From contig NIVC01003072.1 of the NCBI GenBank assembly GCA_002269645.1, positions 57,336 through 121,335 on the forward strand: 64,000 nt of DNA, written 5' to 3'. The translations under genes and the position numbers were made by a program. The notes below the pieces were generated by a model that was not told where the DNA came from, did not search any database, and worked only from the letters and a program-made list of their open reading frames with translations. The stretch comes from Macrostomum lignano. Its lineage: Eukaryota. Below are positions 1 to 11,400 of this stretch, piece by piece; within the stretch, counting starts at the first letter, position 1, and each line of letters begins with the position of its first letter.

Positions 1-310
1 TCCCGACTTTCATTTAACCTTTTTCGGTAAACATCAAAGGCGCCTCCCGACTTTCATTGAACCTTTTTCGGTAAACATCAAAGGCACCTCCCGACTTTCA
101 TTGAACATTTTTCGGTAAACATCAAAGGCACCTTCAGACTTTCATTGAACCTTTTTCGGTAAACATCAAAGGCACCTTCCCACTTTCATTGAACCTTTTT
201 CGGTAAACATCAAAGGCACCTTCCCACTTTCATTGAACCTTTTTCGGTAAACATCAAAGGCACCTCCCCACTTTCATTGAACCTTCTTCTGTTAACATCA
301 AAGGCACCTC
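1..310. repeat. 44-bp intronic minisatellite (~7 copies, runs off the window start)
   Basis: Unit CCCGACTTTCATTGAACCTTTTTCGGTAAACATCAAAGGCACCT recurs at 1, 45, 89 and onward, just upstream of the acceptor at 345. Confidence 0.9.
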
Positions 311-345
311 CCGATACGATAGTTATTATCTTAATCCCCCTGCAG

Positions 346-734
346 GGCACGAAGAGCTGGTCCGCTGCATCCGTTTCGACTCCAAACGAATTGTGTCTGG
401 CGCCTACGACGGCAAGATCAAAGTGTGGGACCTGCAGGCCGCCCTTGACCCCAGATCGTCGGCCGACGCGCTGTGCATCGTCACACTCAGCGAACACTCT
501 GGCAGGGTGTTCCGCTTGCAATTCGACGAATTTCAGATCGTTTCATCGTCCCACGACGATACTATCTTAGTGTGGGATTTCCTTGGCGACGATGGGGATC
601 AGGGGGGCACTAAGGAAGCCGCCGATGAAGAGGTTGATGAGGCTGTTGTGCTGCACTTTGCCGATGCCGACGCCGAGGATGAAGGCGGCGGTGGAGACGC
701 CGAAGACAACGAGGCCGGAGATGAGGATGATTGA
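346..734 (+). CDS. BTRC: Last exon of beta-TrCP/Slimb (FBXW1/11) F-box WD40 protein
   Basis: After the acceptor tgcag|gg the exon reads [37 protein letters not shown]...[31 protein letters not shown], the diagnostic last WD40 repeats of beta-TrCP. An acidic tail follows, then TGA at 732-734. Confidence 0.95.
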
Positions 735-984
735 ATTAAATAATAGTTCAAAATTAATGGTTTTAAAAAAAACTTTTTTTGAAAAAAAAATTAATTTAGC
801 GTGTGTTTTGTCAAAGGCATCTAAATGAAATATAGTATGTTTGTACGAGGGCTGCATGCGCCCTGGAGCAACGTCCTGCCCATTCCGCTGACTTCTGAAC
901 ACATACAAGCGTGCCAATACTGTACGCAGTCGCGCACTCGTACACACGTTCACACAGAGTGCACAGCGGCCCTGATTTTATCAT

Positions 985-1640
985 CAGCCATAGACAATAA
1001 AGCCAATCAAAGCCACTGCCGCAGAGCTGCACTCGGCCATAGACAATAAAGCCAATCAAGGCCACTGCCGCAGAGCTGCACTCGGCCATAGACAATAAAG
1101 CCAATCAAGGCCACTGCCGCAGAGCTGCACTCGGCCATAGACAATAAGGCCAATCAAAGCCACTGCCACAAAACTGCACTCGGCCATAGACAATAAGGCC
1201 AATCAAAGCCACTGCCACAAAACTGCACTCGGCCATAGACAATAAGGCCAATCAAAGCCACTGCCACAGAACTTTACTCGGCCATAGACAATAAAGACAA
1301 CCAAAGCCACTGCCACAGAACTGCACTCGGCCATAGAGAATAAAGCCAATCAAAGCCATTGCCACAGAACTGCACTCGGCCATAGACAATAAAGCCAATC
1401 AAAGCCACTGCCACAGCTGGCACAGAACTGCACTCGGCCATAGACAATAAAGCCGATCAAAGCCACTGCCACAGCTGGCACAGAACTGCACTCGGCCATA
1501 GACAATAAAGCCAATCAAAGCCACTGCCACAGCTGGCACAGAACTGCACTCGGCCATAGACAATAAAGCCGATCAAAGCCACACTGCCACAGCTGGCACA
1601 GAACTGCACTCGGCCATAGACAATAAAGCCGATCAAATTG
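985..1640. repeat. 49-bp minisatellite whose later units are ~58 bp
   Basis: Unit GCACTCGGCCATAGACAATAAAGCCAATCAAAGCCACTGCCACAGAACT; copies after ~1410 gain AGCTGGCAC. Confidence 0.9.
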
Positions 1641-2019
1641 ATAATAAAGCCTTTGAATAAAGAATTTTAAACTTGATTGGCTTTGCTGTAAAATATCATT
1701 TTTCTACCTCTATACACCAGTGTCTACTCTAGTCTGTAAATGTGTTAGTTTGTAACTTCAATTACAATCTTAACTGGTTAAATTCCATCAAATTGGTGTG
1801 CTTTTTGCCATATCTGAGCAAAGCATTCAATATGTTGTTGGTGATAATCATTGCATCTGATAAGCTAATGATTGTAAAGCATTTTATTGTGTCCATTTTG
1901 TCTACTTTGCCTATTTTGTTTGTTACTTGTATTCAGTCAGCATATATAGTGGTGTTATGTGTTTCAACTGTGTCCGTCTTATCTGCCTTTTATCTCATCT
2001 TCCTAATCTCACCCCCTCT

Positions 2020-2560
2020 TAATTTCACCAATCTCAATCCCACCAATCTCCCAATCTCACTAATCTCTCAATCCCACAAATCTCTCAATCTCACCCATCT
2101 CTCAATCTCACCCATCTCTCAATCGCCCCTATCTCTCAATCTCACCCATCTCTCAATCTCACCCATCTCTCAATCTCACCCATCTCTCAATCGCCCCTAT
2201 CTCTCAATCTCACCCATCTCTTAATCTCACCTATCTCTCAATCTCATCCATCTCTCAATCTCATCCATCTCTTAATCTCACCCATCTCTCAATCTCATCC
2301 ATCTCTCAATTTCATCCGTCTCTCAACCTCCCCCATCTATCAATCTCACCCATCTCTCAATTTCATCCGTCTCTCAACCTCCCCCATCTATCAATCTCAC
2401 CCATCTCTCAATCTCACCCATCTCTCAATCTCATCCATCTCTCAATCTCACCCATCTCTTAATCTCACCCATCTCTCAATCTCACCCATCTCTCAATCGC
2501 CCCCATCTCTCAATCTCACCCATCTCTCAATCTCACCCATCTCTCAATCTCACCCAATAT
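2020..2560. repeat. ~17-bp pyrimidine-rich minisatellite
   Basis: ATCTCTCAATCTCACCC repeated with variants. Confidence 0.9.
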
Positions 2561-3079
2561 CCATTTCACAGTAACAATGTTTTATATTCCAGTACTTTAT
2601 ATTTATCCCAGTAATTTATATTCAGTCTTAAACCATCTGAAGTCGCAGCAGTCTCACAATTTGGCAGTGTATTATTCCATGAATGTTTATAATCGTTTTA
2701 ATATGGTTCAAATAAAAGTTATTCAGTCCAAAGTACTGCAACAGGCAGTTTGCTCTTTCGTAATGTGTAAAAATAGTATTTATTATTATATGTTCGCGAA
2801 AAAATTAAAGAAAAGCGAATTTTACTACTAATATTTTAATCAAAAGTCTAGTACGTACTCAGATACGATTCAACATATCATTTTTTGTTCAACTTGAAAA
2901 AGAAGCGGCTTGATAAAAAACAACCTATTAGACTACAGAGAGCAGAAAGTAAAAAACTCAACAAAAATCTACTTTAGGCATTAACATCTTAATGGAATCA
3001 TAATTGATTATTACTAGCTAGATTTAATAAAGCATAAACAGTATCATGCAATCACTGATTAAACTAGAAAATTATTGTC

Positions 3080-3800
3080 AACAAGTTTCCCGTAGTTGTT
3101 TTGGATTTACAAAAGGGGAATCCCTTATTTATTTATAGTTTTAACATAGGATCCCGTAGCTGATTTAAGTTTTACAATGGGGAATCCCGTAACTATTTTT
3201 AGTTTTGCAAAGGGGAATCCGGATTCCGGTTGCTGTTTTTGGTTCTACAAATGGAAATTCCATAACTTTTTAGTTCTTCAAAGGGGAATCCCGCCGGTTT
3301 TTTAGTTTTACAACAGGAATTCCATAGCTATTTTAGTTTTGCAAAGGGGAATCCCATAGCTATTTTAGTTTTGCAAAGGGGAATCCCATAGCTATTTTAG
3401 TTTTGCAAAGGGGAATCCCATAGCTATTTTAGTTTTGCAAAGGGGAATCCCATAGCTATTTTAGTTTTGCAAAGGGGAATCCCATAGCTATTTTAGTTTT
3501 GCAAAGGGGAATACCATAGCTATTTTAGTTTTACAAATGGGAATCCCATAGCTATTTTAGTTTTGCAAAGGGGAATCCCATAGCTATTTTAGTTTTGCAA
3601 AGGGGAATCCCATAGCTATTTTAGTTTTGCAAAGGGGAATTCCATAGTCGTTCTGGAGTTTTACAAAAGAGACTCCCGCTGCTATTTATAGTTGCTAAAA
3701 AGGAAATCCCATATTATTGATTTTTAAGTGAGGAATCCTGTCCCGTCAATATTTGCGAGCGTATGCTAGCTGGTGTCTATGATCCCCCAAAGGGGAATCC
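3080..3800. repeat. 32-bp minisatellite with a homogeneous core (3320-3645) and decayed flanks
   Basis: CCATAGCTATTTTAGTTTTGCAAAGGGGAATC tandem copies. Confidence 0.85.
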
Positions 3801-3903
3801 CATCGATAATGTTTTTATCGATTCAGATAAAAAACGGGGAACCTTCTCGCAATGGTTTAACACCTCTAAAAATAGAAACAATTTTTCGTCTCTTTGAGTC
3901 ATT

Positions 3904-5400
3904 TTACTCAGCTGACTCGGCCGAGCTGCTGCTGCTTAGCGAGGAGTCCGACGTCCAGGCAGCCTCATTGTCGTCATCTTGGGTGGTCGCCGCGTTGTCT
4001 CCGACGCCTGGAAATTCCGTCAGCGTCGCCGTGCCGCCAAACCTCACGGCGGAAACTTTGGCGGCGGCATCGCGACCGCTGTTTCTTGCCTTCTGCTTCG
4101 ACTTTCGCTTTCGTCTGCTAGCGTTTTTTTCGCCTTTGCGTTTCTTAGAATCCGCATCCCGAAGTTGTTCTGGCGAATGCATGGTCTGTAGAACAGCGCG
4201 CAGCAGGCACAGGAACGCTTCGCTGGCGCTCTCCGAGTCTAGCGCCGTTGCCTCGCGCCAAACCAGGCCGTGGCGCCGAGCCAGCGCCAGGCCGGACTGA
4301 GCTCCGGAGGGCGTAGGGAGCTCGCGGCGGTCGAGCTTGTTGCCGATCAGAGCGATGGGGGCGTCGGCCGGTAGTCCGACGCTGTCGCCGTCCTGTGCCG
4401 GGCGCAGTCGCTGCAGCCAGGCCTCGCAGTCGCGGAGGCTGTCCGCGTCAGTGACGTCATAGACCAGCATAGCACACTGGCAGCCGCTGTAGTAGCCCTC
4501 CGAGTTGCTGCGATGGCTGGGAGTAATGGCGGTGGACTTTGTTAGCACCTACCTCACTCCCTGCACCCACCTCACTCTGCACCCACCTCAATCTGCACCC
4601 ACCCCACTTTCCGCACCCGCCTCACTCCCCGCACCCACCTCACTCCCCGCGCCCACCTCACTCTGCACCCACCTCAATCTGCACCCACCCCACTCCCTGC
4701 ACCTACCTTACTCCCTGCGCCCACCTCACTCCCTGCACCTACCTCACTTCCTGCACCCACCTCACTCCCTGCGCCCACCTCACTCCCTGCACCCACCTCA
4801 CTCCCTGCACCCACCCCACTTTCCGCACCCGCCTCACTCCCCGCACCCACCTCACTCCCCGCGCCCACCTCACTCCCCGCACCCACCTCACTCCCCGCGC
4901 CCACCTCACTCTTCGCACCCACCTCACTCCCCGCGCCCACCTCACTCTGCACCCACCTCAATCTGCACCCACCCCACTCCCTGCACCTACCTTACTCCCT
5001 GCGCCCACCTCACTCCCTGCACCTACCTAACTTCCTGCACCCACCTCACTCCCTGCGCCCACCTCACTCCCTGCACCCACCTCACTCCCTGCACCCACCC
5101 CACTTTCCTGCACCCGCCTCACTCCCCGCACCCACCTCACTCCCCGCGCCCACCTCACTCCCCGCGCCCACCTCACTCCACACATCCCTTCGCGCACCAC
5201 CGTGCGAACGTCAAAATCTCCTCACCTCTCCTGACCGGCAGTGTCCCAAATCTGGCATTGGACCGGCACCCCGTCAACCTTGACCAGTCGGCTCTGCAGA
5301 CTCGCGGCCACTGTCGGCGCATACGATTCGTTGAATTGGCCGCCTACAAAGCGAGCCAGAAGGCTTGACTTGCCAACGCCAGCGTTCCCAACAACGATTA
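3904..5400 (-). CDS. Divergent Rab-like GTPase domain 4 (exons 18-19) plus basic and Ser/acidic tail, no CC/CXC
   Basis: [14 protein letters not shown] / PTVAASL / [19 protein letters not shown] / IGNKLD / EATALD; the tail contains [19 protein letters not shown] and ends [10 protein letters not shown]. Confidence 0.88.
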
Positions 5401-8400
5401 CTGCGGGAGTTGATCGGTTTAATCATTGGTAAACATAAAGTTGTTTGGCGCCATCGATTCTTATCGTTTAGTTTGGCGCCATTTGTGTCTAGGTTGACGC
5501 CTTTAGTGTCTAGTTTGGCGCCATTTGTGTCTAGTTTGGCGCCATTTGTGTCTTATTTAAAAGCCCTAAAAATCGCCCAAGATCACCATTGACGAGCACA
5601 GCAGGCCTGTCGGGCACAGACGCAGTCTGGGACTCAATCAACGGCAGCTCCTCCACGCTGGCACCTGGCGGCGCGCTTTGCCGCTGACTGTCAACGGTGA
5701 ATCTGGACAAAACTTTCGAATCGAAATTCGACGAACTCATATCTTTGACACTCGCCAGCATGCTGTCAATCTCTGCTATCCGTATTGACGCGTTGGCCGC
5801 CTTCGTCGCTGTCTCCGCCTTCTGAAGCTTCATCTGGGCGAGGCAGCGACTCTGCAGGCCCCTGAAAGCCTGGCCGACATTCTGTCCGGTGCGGGCGCTG
5901 ACGCCCCAGCACAGCTCGACGCCGTGCGACTTGGCGAACACGTCAGCCTCCTCCTGAGTCACGGCGGCCTCATCCGAGTCGCTCTTGTTGGCCACCAAAG
6001 CCACGGGCGTGGACTCTGGCGCGGAGGCCCGCAGCTCCTGCAGCCAGCGCTCGCAGCTGTCGAAGCTGTCGCGGTTCGAGGCGTCGAAGATCAGCAGGGC
6101 GCCGGCGCAGCCTCGGTAGTAGGCGCTCGTGATGGAGCGGAACCTGCGGATGTCGGGGAGGGGCGAAGGGCGGTCTAAGGGGTGTTATGGTTTAGGTTTT
6201 ATGATCCGGGTGTTATGATCCAGGTGGTACGATCCAGGTGTTATAATCCAAGTGTTATGATCCAGGTGTTATGATCCAGGTGTTATAATCCAGGTGTTAT
6301 AATCCAGGTGTTATGATCCAGGTGTTATGATTCAGATATTATGATCCAAGATTTATAATTTGAGTGTCATGTCATGCTTCCGGTGTTTTAATATAGGTTT
6401 ATGAGCCTAGATCATAAATGGGCAACCCCCCTGATTTACACTGGCCATGTGACTTACTTTTTGACCAAAAATGCGACTTACCTGTGAAAGAAACCCTAGA
6501 GCAACATTAACGCAATTTTGGGTAAACGGCAGGAGTAACCATGACTCTCTTTTAAGGGCTAAATGCCTCGTCATCTAATTAGTACTACGTCTGTATTCTT
6601 TGGGGTGGGCATTTTTGCGACTTACCCCTGGTCCACCACAATTTATGGTGGCCAGATCGGCCAGCAGTTGCGCATGTATGGCCTAGATTCATGATTCAGT
6701 TATTATGATCCAGGTGTTATGGTCCCTGTTGTCTAATGAGTTAGTGATAGTAACTTATGTGTAAATCTAATGGGTTTTATAGCACATAATTTCGTCCAAA
6801 AATAAAGTTGATAAAGGAAACAGCGAGCTATCCGACTTCAACCTCACCTCTGTTGTCCCGCCGTATCCCAAATCTGAGTTTGCACTCGCGACCCGTCAAT
6901 GTCGCTGTTCACCACGCGAAAGTCCACTCCGATGGTGGGCATTGCCTTGAGGCTCTCGTCAAATTCCTGGTCAATAAATCGGCGGACCAGGCAGGACTTG
7001 CCGACGCCGGAGTCTCCGATTAGCACCGCTGCGTGGGAGTGGGCGGCGCGACGTGATGGACAACAAGCATTGTCACACCCACCTCACTCTACACCCACCT
7101 CCGAACCTCACTCCACTCCGCACCCACCTCACTCCGCACTCACCTCATTCCGCACTGACCTCATTCCACACCCACCTCACTACACACCCACCTCACTCCG
7201 CACTCACCCCACTCCACACCCGCTTCACTCCGTATCCACCCCACTCTAAATCCACCCAACTCCGCACCCACCCCACTCCGCACTCACCCCACTCCACACC
7301 CGCTTCACTCCGTATCCACCCCACTCTAAATCCACCCAACTCCGCACCCACCCCACTCCGCACTCACCTCACTCCGCACTCACCTCACTCCGGATCCACC
7401 CCACTCCGCACTCACCTCACTACACACCCACCTCACTCCGCACTCACCTCACTCCGCACTCACCTCACTCCTGATCCACCCCACTCCGCACCCACCTCTC
7501 TCCGCACCCACCTCACTCCGCACTCACCTCACTCCGCACCCACCTCACTCCGCACTCACCTCACTCCGCACCCACCTCACTCCGCACCCACCTCACTCCG
7601 CACCCACCTCACTCCGCACCCACCTCACTCCACACCCGCCGCACTCCGCACCCAGCTCACTCCACACCCACCTCACTCCACACCCGCCGCACTCCGCACC
7701 CAGCTCACTCCGCATATCCATCTCACTTCGCACCCACGTAACAGTCAGATGGTAAAGACAAGGATGCTATATCTCACTTTTTATCACATAGTCAGGAGAG
7801 CGATCATCGTTTAGGTTTGCCTGTCCCACTGCTGCTGGCTTCGAAATGGGAGACTCCTTCGACTGCTTAGTAGATTTACTCGCATTAATGGCCTTCGGAG
7901 CGAAAGCAGCCGATTCGTTTGACTGCTGGGTCTGTGTCGAACTGGGAATCGGTTATAAAGAGAAAATATTTGCGTTGTTATGCGGATGAAGTTGTGTTGC
8001 TATGGGGATGAAATCGTGTTGCTATGTGCTTGAGGTTTTATTGCCATGGGGATGAATTTTTGTTGCTATGGGGGATGAAATCGTGTTGTCATGTGTTTGA
8101 GGTTGTGTTGCGATGGGGATGATGTTGTGTTGCTATGACGATGAGAATGTATAGCTAAAAGGGATTAAATGCTGTTGCAAAGGCCAAACACCAACCCGAA
8201 TTGCTGGCTCTGGCTCTGCAGAACCCGACTCTGCAGGCCCCTGAATGCCTGGCCGACATTCTGTCCGGTGCGAGCGCTGACCCCCCAGCACAGCTCGACG
8301 CCGTGCGACTTGGCAAATTCGTAAGCCTCCTCCTGAGTCACGGCGGCCTCATCCGAGTCGCTCTTGTTGGCCACCAGAACCGCGGCCGTGGAGTCTGGCG

Positions 8401-11400
8401 CGTTGGCCCGCAGCTCCTGCAGCCAGCGCTCGCAGCTATCGAAGCTGTCGCGGTTCGAGGCGTCGAAGATCAGCAGGGCGCCGGCGCAGCCTCGGTAGTA
8501 GGCGCTCGTGATGGAGCGGAACCTGCGGATGTCGGGTAATTTATGGATGGGTTTGGCCCCAGTCTAACAGTAACAGGTGTCTCTGTCTAACAGGTGTGAG
8601 GCCCCAGTCTAACAGGTGTCTCTGTCTAACAGGTGTGAGGCCCCAGTCTAACAGGTGTCTCTGTCTAACAGGTGTGAGGCCACTGTCTAACAGGTGTGAG
8701 GCCTCTGTCTAACAGGTGTGAGGCCTCTGTCTAACAGGTGTGAGGCCTCTGTCTAACAGGTGTGAGGCCTCTGTCTAACAGGTGTGAGGGCCCAGTCTAA
8801 CAAGTGTGAGGCCTCTGTCTAACATATAAGCCTTCTCAGGCTAGCGTAATTCCATCTCAAACTTACCTCTCGGCACCAGCTGTGTCCCAGAACACACTCT
8901 TGACTCGACAGCCATCAATATTGTCTTTCACAGCTCGAAATTCCACTCCAATAGTTTGCGGCATTTCGTTAGTCGAATAAAATTCTTTGTCTGCAAATCG
9001 CTGAAGCAAGCTGGACTTCCCAACACCGGAGTCACCAATTAGAAGAACTGAATGATAGATTGAATGAGCGTAATGCAATAATTCTTTATTTTTACCTTCT
9101 ACAATAAAACAGTTCAATCCTGCTTACCTTTCATCTGATAATCAATATGTTCGTTAGAATTTTCACTTTTCTTAGGCACCAACTGAGGCAATTGTCGCAT
9201 GTCAGTTGACTTCATTGGAGCCTGATTTGAACTCAATCTGTGCATACATGTGCAACCTCCAAAATTCGGTCAGCCGTGCGACTTAGTTTTAACAAAAATG
9301 CGACGTAGTTTTTGGCCAAAAATGCGACTTACATATAAAAAAACCCGAAAGCAAAATTAACGCAACTTTGGGTAAACGGCAGGAGTAACTATGACTGTTT
9401 TATTAAGCTAAAATGCCTCGTCAGCTACTTAGTACTACTCTTCAGGTTATTTTTTGGGTGGGCATTTTTGCGACTTCCTTGATTGGCCGCCAAATCGGTC
9501 GGCCGGATCGGCCGACTCGGCCGACTGTTGCGCATGTATGAATCTGTGGGAAGGCGAAACCCTAAGTTCTTGGTTACCATGCGAGAGTATCTTGTTGCTA
9601 TGCGAGACTAGCGTATTGCTATGCGAGACTAGCGTGTTGCTATGCGAGACTAGCGTGTTGCTATGCGAGACTAGCGTGTTGCTATGCGAGACTAGCGTGT
9701 TGCTACGCGAGACTAGCATGTTGCTATGCGAGACTAGCGTGTTGCTATGCGAGACTAGCGTGTTGCTATGCGAGACTATCGTGTTGCTATGCTTTCTATT
9801 CTGAAACTTTCAGTAGCTCAATAACTAACCCATCAACTTTGCTCTGCAGCACCCGACTCTGCAGGCCCCTGAAAGCCTGGCCGACATTCTGTCCGGTGCG
9901 AGCGCTGACGCCCCAGCACAGCTCGACGCCGTGCGACTTGGCGAACTCGGCCGCTTCCTCCTGAGTCACGGCGGCCTCATCCGAGTCGCTCTTGTTGGCC
10001 ACCAGAACCACGGACATGGACTCTGGCGCGGAAGCCCGCAGCTCCTGCAGCCAGCGCTCGCAGCTATCGAAGCTGTCGCGGTTCGAGGCGTCGAAGACCA
10101 GCAAGGCGCCGGCGCAGCCTCGGTAGTAGGATGATATTATCGTGCGGAATCTGGAGTTTTGTTGAAGTCAGAGGCAAGTGTACATTAGGGGGTAGAGATT
10201 GAATGGGGTTGGTCAGACAGACAAGTGTACATTTGGAAGGGGTAGAGATTGAATGGGATGATAAGAGACAAGTGTACGAGCGTACATTTGGAGGGGGTAG
10301 GAATTGAATGGGATTGGTCAGACAAGTGTACATTAGGGGGTAGAGATTCGGGCTTGATCAGAGGCAAGTGCGCACAAGTAAAAATGCAAGGAATCACCTC
10401 TCTTGTCCAGCGGTGTCCCAGATCTGGCACTTGATGCTTGACCCATCGATTTCATTTTTAACAATTTTGAAGTCCACACCAATTGTTGGGATCGCGTTTT
10501 GACTTTCTTCGAATGAGTTTTCAGCAAATCTGCGCAACAGGCAGGATTTCCCGACTCCGGAATTGCCTATGAGCAGCACTGTGGAATTAAAGATAAACAA
10601 GACGATTTCTTAATATACATGTAAAAAGCCATTTAAGGACAAATATTTTTAATTTAAACTGGAAGAAATCGCACATTTTATCAAGCGTTGCTGTTTTGCT
10701 TCAGCTGCCGTCTCGGATCCGTCAACAGCAGTTCTGGACTCTGGGTTTTGAGCTGCTTTGGCTTCATTTTGTCTGAAAAGAATGTTTGGTAAAGTGAGTT
10801 TTGAATAGAACTACGTGTAGACACGTTCTTAACCGAACCAGACACGTTCTTAACCGAACCAGACACGTTCTTAACCGAACTAGACACGTTCTTAACCGAA
10901 CCAGACACGTTCTTAACCGAACCAGACACGTTCTTAACCGAACTAGACACGTTCTTAACCGAACCAGACACGTTCTTAACCGAACCAGGCACGTTCTTAA
11001 CCGAACCAGACACGTTCTTAACCGAACCAGACACGTTCTAGCGGCATTATACACTTTCACAGAGTTAAAAACACATTTTACCAAAATCAGACCAGGTTAG
11101 AGCTGTTTAGAGCGCGCTCAAACTCACTCAGTTTTGCTGCCTTCAACTCCCTGACCATCTGCCGTGGTGGCAGCGGCAGCGACTGCGGCGGCAGCGACCT
11201 GCCTCACCAGTTCCTTCCTGTCGTCGCCCCAGGCCCGGAATCGCCGAAAGAACTCTTTGTCGGGTCGATCGTGCAAAGCGGCCCAATCCAGGCCCTGAGC
11301 AGACCGCGACATCGGATGTCTGCTCAACCAATCCTGCCGTCTAGCCGTCATATCATCGCTTGTCGTCGCTGCAGCAGCAGCTTCAGCCGAGTCTTTGGAC

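Noticed and set aside
4505-5368. His/Pro-rich ORFs (also 7053-7814, 11579-12103, 47530-48247, 59471-60707)
   Set aside because: They are translations of intronic minisatellites, mostly antisense to real genes, with no coding signals.
3904-10600. Four independent tandem Rab genes
   Set aside because: None has its own ATG and promoter or a prenylation motif, and the exon ends splice in phase into the next domain, so a single fused ORF explains the sequence better.
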